In this document: piece after piece, positions 25,141-37,794 of the stretch | Position numbering within the stretch: position 1 is the stretch's first letter | Layout: each line of letters starts with the position of its first letter | From: Azolla caroliniana | Lineage: Eukaryota > Plantae > Polypodiophyta | NCBI GenBank assembly: GCA_043228905.1 | Contig: JBHGNT010000016.1 | Location: forward strand, 13,020,001-13,084,000 | Reading direction: 5' to 3' | DNA length: 64,000 bases | Made by a program: the position numbers and the translations under genes | Notes under the pieces: generated by a model | What the model saw: only the letters and a program-made list of their open reading frames with translations | Told to the model about the DNA's origin: nothing | Database searches by the model: none

Positions 25141-26668
25141 TCGAGTGAAGACCTCGAGCACTTCATCTTTGGACCTAACTGAATAGGACTAGACCTTCCG
25201 TGTACAATCATCTACAAATGTGATGAAGTATCGGGAGCCTCCTAGTGATCCCTCAGGCATAGGCCCACATATATCTGTGTGCAAAAGCTCTAGGGGTTTT
25301 CGTACCACCTTGTAGTGGAGAGAGTGCGGACTTTGGGTCTATTTCCCGTATTGACAATGCTCACAAAAGTCCGTCTTTGCTTGGAGTTTCGGAATGTAGC
25401 CGATCTAGGCGGGCTTGAGACATATGCCCGAGTTGTCCATGCCATAGGTTCGGGTTAGTCTTTTCAACTATGTTCACAACCCCATTTGGATTGATTGCCA
25501 TCATTGGATACAAGTTGTTATACTTGTGTCCACTACCTATTTTCAGGTTTCCACGATGACCATCCACATTGACTCATTGAGAGTCTTTTTGTACCCGTCT
25601 TTGGCTAACATGCCAATGGAGACCAAACTCCTTTCAACGCAGGTACGTGGCGGACTTGGTGTGGGACAACTGTATTGCCATTCGACAATTGAATTGTTCC
25701 TTCGCCTACTCTAGCGATTTTGTATGCCTGCCCATTACCTAGTCGGATTGTGCCGTTGGTGCCGACCAAATAGTTCAAAAACCATTCGATCGATGTTCGG
25801 GGTTATGTGAAATGTGGCACCGAAATCCAACAACCACGTGTGTGCATCTTGTGCACGGTAGAGGACTTCTCCGACCATTGAGTCCTCTACTAAGAGAATT
25901 TCTCCTGATTGGGTATCGGCACCATTGACTTGGTTTCCGACTGAAGAGTGGTTCAAGTTGGGTCATTCTTGATTCCGCTCAGATCGCCGACCACTCTCTT
26001 TCCTCTTGATTGACCAACAGTCAAAAATATTTTGACCGGCTTTTTCTGCGATGGGTGCAGAATTTGCCTGATCGGGCCCGTTCTCAACTTCGACCATTGT
26101 TGGTCTCCCCTCATTTTCGATCGACTATAGTCTTGACCAGTTCTATCGGCTTGTTCTCTCGATCGATTTGATCGATCGATCGACTCGGTCAAGTGGTGGG
26201 CTTCTGCCAATTCGTCGATGGTGAGTCCCATCAATTTTCGTTGAATAACGTCGATGAGGACTTGGCCGATCGTCTCATCTAGATTTACGATTGGATGGCT
26301 ATTGGCAAATTTCGTGCAAAATACCTCCCAACTTGCTGGCAAGCTCGATAGGAGGGCAAGGGCTTTAACTTTTTCTTCGAAGTTGATCCCTTGTCAGGAG
26401 AGTTCAGACAACACCCGACTGAAGGTGTTGATGTGGGAGGTTACAGGATCCAACTCTCTCATCTTCATATTGAATATTTGTCGAATCAATATGAGTTTCG
26501 ACAATGAGGACTTCTTTTCGTACACTGCTTGCAACTTCTCCTATAACTAGGAAGTTTTCGTCTCCTTGACCATGTTGAAATAGAGATTCTCGGCTAGATG
26601 CATTCAGATGGTGGAGCGTGCGATTTCGTCCATTGATCTCTACTCTTCAGCTAACATCATAGTGGGTT

Positions 26669-29600
26669 TGTGAATGTTAATGTGCGGAAGCGTTAGACAA
26701 AACCAGCTCAACCGGATAGCAACAGAAAATGAGATGAAGGTTTAATGGAAAAGCTTAAAAACACATAGGAGACAGAGAGAGCAGAACATAAAACTATATT
26801 CAAAAAATTAACTCTAAAGCTCTGTAGATTCAACGTGCTAAACAACACTATTTATACAAGTCCATAAAGGACTGACAGAAGTACTGACAAGTACTTCAAT
26901 GCTCCCAAGTGAGATTGACACTAACTACAACACAATGATTACCTAGTAGTCTAGGCTACTACTAGGCTTCCGGTTCCTGCTCGAATCTGGCTCTTCGATC
27001 CGGCTCCCTGATCCGGCTCCCTGATCCGGCCGGTTGTTTCCGGATACCGATCCGGCTCATCCTTCCGGATGCCGATCTGGATCCGGTTGAGCTTGCTCGC
27101 TCAACACTCCCCCTCAAGCTCAACTTGAGGTCGGATCATGGTGTTAGTGTCCGCGGCAGCCGATTCTTCTACCCAGATCCTTTTGGCGTTGCTCCGCCTC
27201 GCTCGCGTTCCTCATCTGGTCCGGTCTTGTTTGCCACGACCCTTCTGGTTCTGTGCACCTCGACCTCCTCGTTCGGCTTGTCTGCTCAACATGCCCATTT
27301 CAGCTCCCTCGCTACTACGACTCCAGCGCTTGTCGACCCGTCGATTCCTTTGTGTTGGCATCGACTTCCACTGCATCCGTGTCTGCTTGACCTTTAGTTG
27401 ATCCGGCTTCTCCAAATTGTGAACCGAATCGGTGTTCCAACTGTTGTCCGAGTCGGTGTTCTCCAACTCGTCTTCCAGTTTCAGCCCCTTCACCACAACG
27501 GACCACATCCGGGTCTTGGCCGTTTTCTTCCGGTCGGTTCTGTCCTTCTTGACTATGCCGTCCCTGCTGCTTGTTCTGACCTTTTCGGATGTGCCGACTT
27601 CTTTGGTCGGTTCGGCTTCCTTTTTCCTCTTGTCTCCCCCTTGTCCGGTGCCATCCATTCCCTTTCCTTTCCTCCCCCTCAAGTGCGGCACGTCGAGATG
27701 CTGAACACCAAGCATTTCGGTAAAGTGTTGCAACTTGTCTAATCCAAGCGGTTGGGTGAAGATATCGGCAATTTGCCGATCCGTCTGGACATACCAAAGT
27801 TCTACTTCACCGCTCAAAACCCGCTCACGCACAAAGTGATAGTGGACTTCTATGTGCTTCGTCCGAGCATGGAACACGGGGTTCTTGGCGAGCTGAATGC
27901 AGCTCATGTTGTCACAATAGAGCAGTATCGGGGTCAAGACCTCAAACCGCAGGTCTTGTAGCAGTCGCCGAAGCCAGATGGCTTCACAAGTGGCATTGGT
28001 AGTGCCCCAGTATTCAGCCTCAGTGCTCGACAGAGCCACTATTGGCTGCTTTTTGCTACTCCACGCAACAACCGCGCTACCGAGAGAAAACATGTAAACG
28101 GAGGTGGATCGTCGATCCGATGCATCACCGGCCCAGTCGACATCTGTATATCTGACTAGTTCTTCGGTTATACCATGCCGGTATAACAGTCCCCGGTCCT
28201 TCATGCCGCTCACATACCGGAGTATCCGGTGTGCGCACTGAAGGTGCTCGACGGTCGGGTTCTGCATGAACTGGTTGATCACTCCAACCGGGTAACTAAG
28301 GTCGGGTTGAGTGATTGTCAAGTATATCAAGCTTCCGACGATTTGTTGGAACCGTTTCTCATCGCAGGCTGGTCCGGATTTGGGACAGAGCTTCTGGTTT
28401 CGGTCCAAGGGTGTGGAGACAGGTCGGCACTCCGTCATACCGAACTTGTCCAGCATATTCAACACATAGTGTCGTTGTGAGAGCAATATGCCGTCCGGGG
28501 TTTGGATCACCTCGATCCCAAGAAAATAATGAAGGTCCCCCAGGTCATTCATTTCAAATGCGTTCGACAGCTGGGACTTTACTCGGCCGATTTCATTGAG
28601 TCTGAGTCAGTTGATGACTAAATCATCAATATAAAGTAGGATGCAAACCGGACCATCTGGACCTTGCCGGATGAACAACGACGAGTCGGATTTAGAGGTC
28701 ACAAACCCCATCTTACGCAACCGGTGCATGATCTTCGCATTCCAAGCTCGGGGGGCTTGTTTCAGACCGTAACGCAACTTCTTGAGCCGGCACATCGCCG
28801 ACTTGTCCATCTCCGACTGAAAACCAGAAGGTTGGATCATATAGACCCGTTCTTCAAAGTCACCTTGAAGAAACGCATTCTTCATGTCCATCTGGTGAAG
28901 GTGCCACCCCCTTGCTGTAGCAACCGTCAGTACCACACGAACCGTCATCATCTTTGCTACTGGGGCGAAGGTCTCGTCATAATCGATTCATTGGGTCTGT
29001 GTGTATCCCTTCGCCACTAACCGGGCCTTGTACCGGTTAACCGAACCGTCGGCATTGTACACCCATCTGCAACCGATCGGTTTACAATGTCGGGGAGGGT
29101 TCAACGAGGTCCCATGGGTCGTTGGCATCTAGTGCCCGCATTTCTTCCTCCATAGCGGCACGCCAATTTGCATCCTTTGCCGCTTATGCGTAGATCTCTG
29201 GCTCACACACTTCCGCCACCTTAGTCATGAACGTATAATGATGCGCCATGTACTCATTGTACCTGTACCGCATAACGGGGTTCTTCAAGCGGGAAGACCG
29301 GCATAAGTTGGTATTACCCGGTTTGGGGCCCTTCTTGGCCAAGTCGGACTTCGTTCCCGAAGATCCGCCTTCATCCTTTTCGGAGTCTGATTCGCTCCGA
29401 TCCGACTCAACGTTACCGGTTTCATATTCCGACATCTTCTTCTTGCCCTTCTCTTTGTGCGTGAACTATCTCCTCGGTTCCTTGCGTGGGGAGAGCACGG
29501 CAGAGTCTCCACTCCTCGCTGGTTCCTCATCCAATTGGTCATACCGACTCAGCCGCTCATTCGGTCCACTTAACCAGAATGAGATCGGACTCTCTTCTAG

Positions 29601-32510
29601 AGTGCCAAAGACTTCATCTTCTACCTGGACCTCCTCGGGCTAACTAGCCTCATCTTCCGGAATCGGGTCTTCGTCGGGAGTTGGAGTCGGTAAGGACTAC
29701 CATGATGCCATCTCATCAAACTCGACATCTCGGCTTACCCAGACCTGCTTAGTCCGGGGGTTATAGCACTTATACCCCTTTTGCTCATGCAAGTAACCGA
29801 CTAGAATGCACTTCTCCGACTTCGGATCCAACTTCCTCCACTTCTCATTCGGTAAATGCACATATGCTATGCTACCGAATATCCGAAGGTATCTCGTATT
29901 CGGCTTCCGCCCGAAATACAGCTCATGTGCTGACACCTTGTCACCGATCCGGTTTTTGATGTAGACGACCATCCGGACCGCCTCAGCCCAGTAGAAATGG
30001 GGCCTGCTCTCCTCCTCTAGCATTGCCCTTGCCGTGTCAACAATCGACCAGTTCTTCTTTCCTGCCACACCCTTTTGCTCCGGTGTGTACCTGCAGCTGA
30101 ATTCTCTCCGAATTCCATTCTGTTGCAAATAACTGTTGAATAGGCCGGAAAAGTATTCTTTCCCGCCATCCAACCACATGCACTTGATCTTCCTCTCTAT
30201 TTCCCATTCAACCAAGCTTTGAAGGTTCCGGAAACACTCGAAGACCTTGCTCTTCCTCTTGATGAGGTAGATCCACGTGTGTCGGTTGTAGTCGTTGATG
30301 AAGCAGACGAAATACAAACTCCCGCCAAGTCTAACGTTTTGTGTTGGTCCCCATACATCCGAATGGATTAAATTGAGCTTGTTATGGTTCCTGTTTCGAT
30401 CGGTGTGGAATGGAAGCCGGTGTTGCTTCTCGAGTTGGCAGGCTTCACAAATTCCGCCTTCCGGCCACTAAATTTCGGCAAACCGAAAATGACTTGTTTC
30501 GATCACAGGTATTGAAGCCTCCGATAATTGACATGGCCAATCCTCTTGTGCCACATGGCGATGTCCGATTCGACCTTCTGCCCTTTCGCAAACATAGTGG
30601 TGCCGACATCATTAGTGTTGAGGATGAACATCCTCCCATCTCTGCGCCCTTGCGCAATTATCCGGCCCTCTTCCTCGAAGAAGCACCCTAGGTGCGTAAA
30701 CCGCACCTGCATCCCCTAGTCGACGATTTGTCCAACTGACACCAAGTTCTTTGTGATAGTCAAAACGTGTAGTACATTCATCAACTTCCCCTTTTGTCCG
30801 ACATGGCTTAAAGGGACTTCTCTGACATGCACAATCGGGTGAGAGGTGTTTTCTCTGGTTTCGACAATCCCCAGTTGTTCCGGTTTCTCCAAAAAAGAGA
30901 TCCACTCTTCATGGCTCGTCATGTGGTTGGACGCTCCGGAATCAACATACCATACTTCCTCCGATCCAGAAGTAGTCTTCTTCATCGAGTTAGCCTTGTG
31001 CTTCATCACGAAGGTTGGCCCTTTATCGGCTTTCCTAGTTCCGGATCCTTCCGATCCTTCCGCGTAGTGCAAGCTTTGCCAGTTCTCCCAACCGGTTTTG
31101 CCAGATCCGGATTTGTCCGAATCGGCACACTTCTTCCAGCACTCGCTTTCCCTATGGCCCTTTTTGCCACAGTACCAACATTCCGTGTCAGTCTTTCCTT
31201 GTTGGTTCCCGGCACCACTTTGACTCCCCCTGCTTGTGGAGGGTCCAGAACTGTTGTCGGCACAACCTCTGTGCCTCCGGTCCTGCTCTTGTCGGCCGCC
31301 TCCATTGCGTGTCGACCCACCTTGTCCACCAGGTCCATGCGGCCGATCAGTCTCTGTGTACAACATCTGGTCTTCCGATTGAGTGGTCCTTGACCCACTC
31401 GCGTGGTTTTCCTCAACCATCAGCATCGATTGCAAGTCGAAGAAGGACGGTGGTTTCTCCCGGGTGCAGATTGTTGTCCGGATTGGCCCGTACCTTTGCG
31501 TTAGAACACCGAGGTAGATTTGTACCATCTTGTCTTTGTCCACCATCATGTTGATGGACCCGAGTGCGTCGCAAATCTCCTTTATCTTGGTGGTGTAGTC
31601 CGTAACCGACATGTCTCTTTTTCGGATGTTGTTTAGCTCTTGCCGGACCTGCAACTTATGAGTTGTGGTACTTGCGACGAAAATCTTTCGTAGATTTTCC
31701 CAAGCCTCCTTCGGCGTCTTTGCATCCTTGATGTAGCTGAGCATTTGATCATGCACACTGGACACGAGACAGTACAATACCCGACTCGCTCCTTGCTCCC
31801 ATACCGGGAAGTCTTTGTGTGACGGCTCTAATGCTACTTCATTTGTTCCTTCCACAAAGCTCCAATATCCATGTCCCTATAGGTACTAGTGCATTTTTTA
31901 TGACGAGGACACGTAGTTGCTCCGGTCGAGCTTCTCTGTTGGAAGTAAACTCACCATTCCTCTGTCCATATCTTCTCTCTATTTGTTGTTACCGGGTTCT
32001 AGGGCTCGTCTACGGAAGCAAATGTTGGTTGCAGAGGTTCTCAACCCTCGCGCTCTGATACCATGTGAATGTTAATGTGCGGAAGCGTTAGACAAAACCG
32101 GCTCAACCAGATAGCAACAGAAAATGAAATGAAGGTTTAATGGAAAAGCTTAAAAACACAGAGGAGACAGAGAGAGTAGAACATAAGACTATATTCAAAA
32201 AATTAACTCTAAAACTCTGTAGATACAACATGCTAAACAACACTATTTATACAAGTCCATAAAGTACTGACAGAAGTACTAACAAGTACTTCAATGCTCA
32301 CAAATGCGATTGACACTAACTAGGAGACAATGATTACCTAGCAGTCTAGGCTACTACTTGGCTTCCAGTTCCTGCTCGAATCCGGCTCCCCGATCCGGCC
32401 GGTTGTTTCCGGATACCATCCGGATACTGATCTGGCTCATCCTTCCGGATGTCGATCTGGCTCAAGCTTATTCAGCCGATCCGGATCCGGTTGAGCTTTC
32501 TTGCTCAACA
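26669..32510 (-). mobile_element. Element E: full-length Ty1/copia element (degenerate)
   Basis: LTRs 26669-27106 and 32064-32510; TSD GGGTT (26664-26668, 32511-32515); PBS TGGTATCAGAGC at 32052-32063; PPT near 27107-27116; gag with CWYCGKKGHRESEC, WYVDSGASNHM, integrase, RT (YIDDL), RNase H (RTKHIEV). Confidence 0.95.
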
Positions 32511-32900
32511 GGGTTTTTCGCTATGTCAAATAGCTTCGACTTGTCTTCTAATGATAAGCACATCCTGAATCATCTACTTCCACAAGGCAAAAAATTTGCC
32601 AACGAATTTTCGAATCTCAACTCTGTTTCGGATGTTGAAGCCATGTTCCCCTTTTGAAAGTGAGATTTTTATTGACTTGGTCTTTTCTTTCAGTAGTGGG
32701 GTTTCTTCTTCTTGGTTTTTCTTCTATTCGTCGCCCCTGAGCAGCAAGTCGCTCTAATACCACTGGATGAGTATGCGTGCGGAAGTACATGTGGACCAGT
32801 CGGTTATGCACAACAAACAACATAGAAAGTATGGCAGGAGAATAGACAGAAGTGTAGACATAGTTTAATTTGTTACGTCATTAGGTTATTGCTTATATAT

Positions 32901-33185
32901 TGTTGAGAATTGAACTCAACTTCCCATAGAGATAGTGTTCACACTAGCCAATGGACATCTTAATAGGCTAGTTTTGTAATTAGTAGAAAGGGCACTTGTC
33001 CTAGACTAGTTGGTATTTAAACCAAGTCTTTGTAACTTAGTTATTATTGGATGTATTCAATCTTTTTACCAATATAGCTTCTTGTTCTAAGCTCTCTCTC
33101 TCTCTCTATGCATTCTACGTACACATGCACACACTTAGAGCTCACTTCCGTTGCACAGCACCACCTACGTCTCTCTTTCTTTACA
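32901..33185 (+). repeat. Copia 5' LTR (element G) followed by a Met-i PBS; internal part missing
   Basis: TGTTGAGAA...TTTACA then TGGTATCAAACC; homologous to LTRs at 51254-52017 and 57174-57637. Confidence 0.8.
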
Positions 33186-33229
33186 TGGTATCAAACCGTG
33201 TGGTTATCTTATCCATCTTAATCGACAGT

Positions 33230-36091
33230 TGTAAAAGTTAATATGCAGAAGCTTAGATAAACTGGCTCAGTCGGATAACAATAGTAGAACAGAAATGAAG
33301 GTTTAATGGAAGCTTAAGAATACACAGTACATGGGAGAGACAGAGAGAGCAAAATAGCATAAAAATACAAATCAAAATAACAACACTCTGTACATACAGT
33401 GTCCTACATAACACTTTTTATACAAGTTCTTAAAAGGAGTGACATAAGTACTAACAAGTACTTCAATGCTCATACGCGCAATTGACTCTAAATCCGAGGA
33501 ATATGCCTACATAGTAGGCTAAGCTTGTAGACCTCTAACGGCCTATCGGTTACCATCTGATCCAGCTCTTGGTTTCGGATACCTATCCGGTTCTCCATTC
33601 CGGATACTGATCTGGCTCCGGCTTATTCAACTGATCTAGATTCAATTGAGCTTGTCCACTCAACACTCCCCCTCAAGCTCAACTTGAGGTCGGATCGTGG
33701 TGTTAGTGTTTTCCGGTCCTTCCCTCTGGCTCCCGCTCGAGTCTTCCCTCCTTGTTCGTGCTCCTCGATCCATCTGGTTCCACTTCCCATGATCCGTCTG
33801 GTCCCGCGCACCTCGACCTTTTCGGTCAGCTTGTCCGATGCCTTCGCCTGTTTTCCCTGTTTCCATTCCAGTTTCCTCCTTTCTCCCCCTCAAGTGCGGC
33901 ATGTCGAGATGTTAAAGACCAAGCATCCCCGAAAAATGTTGCAACTTGTCTAGACCGAGAGGTTTGGTGAAGATGTCGCCAGTTTGCCTATCTGTCGGAA
34001 CATACACGAGTTCGACTTCACCAGAGAGGACACGCTCATGGACAAAATGGTAGTGCACCTCAATGTGCTTGGTCCGGGCGTGAAAAATGGGGTTCTTCGC
34101 CAGCTGGATGCTGCTGAGATTGTTGCAATAGATCGTCGTCAGATCGAACACCTCCAACTATAGATCCTTTAGGAGCCTCTTCAACCATATGGCCTCGCAT
34201 GCCGCGATAGCCACTCCTTGGTGCTCGACAGTGCTACTATTGACTGCTTCTTACTGCTCCAGGTGACCGGGCCGCTTCCAAGGGAAAATGCATATCCAGA
34301 TGTAGACCTACAGTCGTCGGCATTTCCGGCCCAATCGGCATCCGTGTAGCCGACAAGTTGTTCAGTTACACCAGTCCAATACAGCAACCCCTTGTCCTTA
34401 GTGATGTTGATGTACCTGAGTATCCGGTGTGCGCACTAAAGGTGCTCCATGGTTGGATGCGCCATGAATTGACTAATCAAGTTGACTGGATAACTTAGAT
34501 CCGGCAGGTGATGGTCAAGTATATAAGGCTTCCAACTATCTGCCGGAACCTTTTCGGGTTGCATGTTGTTCCGGAGTCGAGGAGAAGCTTCACATTCCTA
34601 TCCAAAGGAGTTGAGGCGGACTTGTATTCCGTCATACTGAACTTGAAGAGCATACTCAACACATAGTGGTGTTGACTTATTAGTGTGAAGACAAATTTTG
34701 CTCGTAAGAAAAGACCATGGCAAATACATCGGATGCTAAGGTGTATAAGAATAAAGCACACTATGAAAGGTTCAAGAGTTAAAAGAAGAATGAAATTGAA
34801 GGGATATGAAGTTAGAGGCGTTTTCCAAAAGTAAAAAAAGCAGGAAAAAAGAAAAAGAAAAAGAAAACGCAAAAAAAGCAAGGTAGAGAAAAAAACTCAT
34901 TACTTCTTTATCTTATATCCAAATTTTAAAAGAAAAGATTCGTAAGAAAGTTGACAAAGAGAGCTTTCTTATATGACAAATTTGGGATAACAAAGCTAAA
35001 TTAATAATATAGAAAAAACAACTCACATAAACTCGAGGAAATGTAAAAAAGAAAAAAGCAAGAATAACGCAACTAAAAACCTATAAATAGGAAGGTATTC
35101 TAAGCAATTAGAGGGGAGGAAGAATACCAAGGCTAGAAGAAGTGAAAGGAGTCTTAGTAGAAGAAAGGGAGAAGAAGGAAAGACTATTATTGATTAGTGT
35201 TATTGAGAATAACGTAGTTCTTTGGTGGGGTTGTTCTTTTTAGTGTCCAAGAATATTGTATCGTTTTCCTAATAGTATATTGAAGTATTTTTTTCTCTTC
35301 TCTATCATTTTTCTATCTCTCCTCATCAATTAGTATGCCTTCTGGGGTGCGGATCACTTAGATCCCGAGGAAGTAATGAAGGTTCCCAAGATCCTTCATG
35401 TCAAACGATCCCGCGAGTTCGGACTTGACACGGACGATTTCTTCCAGGTCCATGTGGCGATGACTAAATCATCAACATAAAGTAAAATACTAATCGGCCC
35501 ATTCCAGCCTCGCTGGATGAACATGGAAGAGTCCGACCTTGACGCGACAAACCCCATCCGACACAATCGCTGCGTGATTTTCGCATTCCAGGCACGTGGG
35601 GCTTGCTTGAGTCCGTAAAGGGACTTCTTCAGCCGACAAACAACTGACGTGTTCATTCCGGACTTAAATCTGGGGGGTTGAACCATGTATACTTGTTCCT
35701 CAAGATCACCTTGCAGGAACACATTTTTCACATCCATTTGATGTAGATGACACCCCTTTGCTGCTGCCATCAATAGCAAGACACGGACGATCATCATCTT
35801 TGCGACCGACGCAAACGTCTCATCGTAGTCGATGTTGTGTTGTTGCACATAGCCCTTTTTCACTAATCGGGCCTTGTACCGGTTGACGGAGCCATCGGTG
35901 TTGTATTTGACTTTGTATACCCACTGGTAACTGATCGGCTTCACTCCTTTTGCTACGTCCACCAAGTCCCACGTCTCATTCTCCCTGAGCGTGTGCATCT
36001 CTTCCTCCATGGCCTTTTGCCAGTTCAAATCCTTAGTCGCTTCAACATAGTTCTCTAGCACATGCACGGTTTCCACCTTCACCATGTACGT
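33230..36091 (-). mobile_element. Element H: 3' half of a copia element of the E family (3' LTR 33230-33665, RNase H, RT)
   Basis: LTR similar to E LTRs; PPT at 33666; ARTKHIEVHYHF, YTDADWAG, LHQMDVKN and LLYVDDL motifs. Confidence 0.88.
34684..35328 (+). mobile_element. Solo LTR inserted in the RT of element H
   Basis: TG...CA ends; 5-bp TSD ATTAG (34679-34683, 35329-35333); TATA near 35081; second copy at 37078. Confidence 0.9.
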
Positions 36092-37077
36092 TGTCGTGAA
36101 GAATGTGCTTCACGATATAAAAATGAACTTCAATATTATATTTAATAGTATTGGAGAGACTTAAACCCACGCCCACGCCCTTATATACAAAATACAATAT
36201 ACATACCACTAGGCTAGGCTATTTATTTTTAGAAGACTTGTAAAGAATATGCTTTATGATATAAGAATGAAGCTAAATATTGTATTGAGTAAAATTGAAA
36301 GACTTGAACCCTCAACCTTGTATACCAAGCACAAGGTATACACCATTAAGCTAGGTTATTTGTTTTAAAAGATATATTTCCATTACTCTACTTATCCTAT
36401 ATCTATTTTCATACATAAGAGCTCAAATGAGCGTGATGGCTATCATGCATCACATGTAATGCATGTGTGCCAAATGGCAATCATGCATCACATGTAATGC
36501 ATGTGTGCCAAATGGCAATCATGCATCACATGAAAGTCATGCATTGCATGCATGCCATCCTTGCACACATTACCATATGCATGACAATACTTATATAAAG
36601 AGGGGCAAGGAAAACAAGAGAAAAAGAAGAGAAAGTTAGAGAAATAATATGATTAAACAAACAAGTTAGCTCATTTGGGAAGAGGTTTGTGTTTCGAAGT
36701 TGGAGTTAAGGGTTCGAAACTAGAGTTTAACGAAGAAAAGTCGTATCTTGTATCGACATTGTATAGTTGGTAAAATTTTGTATTCTAAATATAAAGCTTG
36801 TTCTTATCATACAATTTCAATTCTTCAATCATACATTGTCTCTGTCTCTTATCTATGCTTGTCTCTCTCTCACACATTACTTGTAAAATTCTTCTTCTTC
36901 CTATCCTTAATCTTTCTAACATCATTTCACAAGCCTTATTAAATTTTCACCAACTCCCTTTAACCTTAGCCCCTGTGACTTCGCTGCACAAACCACAACT
37001 ACCCCGACACATTTGGTGAACCCGACGTGAAGGCGGCGACAAGGAGAAATGGAGGAGAAAATGAGGCTTATGTATAC
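36092..37077 (+). mobile_element. Element I: 5' LTR (36092-37009) and Trp PBS (37014-37031) of a Trp-family gypsy, truncated
   Basis: TGTCGTGAAG...CCCCGACA followed by TGGTGAACCCGACGTGAA; left flank ACGT. Confidence 0.85.
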
Positions 37078-37790
37078 TGTGAAGTCGATTTTTGCTCGTA
37101 GGAAAAGACCGTGACAAATACATTGGATGCAAAGGTATAAAGGAATACAACACAATATGAAAGGTTCAAGAGTTAAAAGATGAATGAAATTGAAGAGATT
37201 TAAAGTTAGAGGCGATTTTCAAAAGTAGAAAAAGTAGAAAAAAAGAAAAAGAAGAAAAACGCAGGGAAAAAGTAGAAAAAGCAAGGTAGAAAAAAAAGCT
37301 CATAACTTCTTCATCTCTTATCCAAATTTCAAAAGAAAAGATTCATAAGAGAGCTTTCTTTTGTGATAAATTTGGAGAATTGCAGAAATAATGATATGGA
37401 AAAGGCATCACATAAACTCGAGCATATGTAAAAAGAAAAGAAAAGAAAAAAGCAAGAATAACACAACTAAAAACCTATAAATATGAAGGTATTCTTAGCA
37501 ATAGGAAGGAGGAAGGAAGAATAGAAGATCTACAAGAGAAGGAGGGAGTAAGAAGAGAATATCTACAAGAAGAAGGGAGGAAGAATAAGAAGGCTAGAAG
37601 AAGTGAGAAGAAGCTTAGTAGAAGAAAGGGTGAAGAAGAAAAGACTATTTTCAATTATTTTCATTGAGGTTAGAGTAGAGTTATTTGGGGTTGTTATTTG
37701 TAGAGTCTAAGAACATGATATTGGTTTCCTAATAGTGTATTGAAGTATTCTTCCTCTACTCTTCTCTATCTTTTCCTAATAGTGTATTGG
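37078..37790 (+). repeat. LTR of the same family as the 34684 solo LTR, 3'-truncated
   Basis: Colinear similarity to 34684-35328; ends in a short local duplication instead of the CA terminus. Confidence 0.85.
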
Positions 37791-37794
37791 TTTG

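Larger units (their letters stand above)
13146..32900 (-). mobile_element. Element C: degenerate Ty1/copia host element, split into 13146-14849, 25146-26668 and 32516-32900 by nested insertions
   Basis: Minus-strand RT/RH (LYVDDML, GYTDSD), integrase (NGGEY, TPMQNGLAER), GAG-pre-INT (LWHGQLGHMS), protease (WLLDFGATFHI) and gag; Met-i PBS at 32751-32762; reading continues across both TSDs. Confidence 0.85.
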
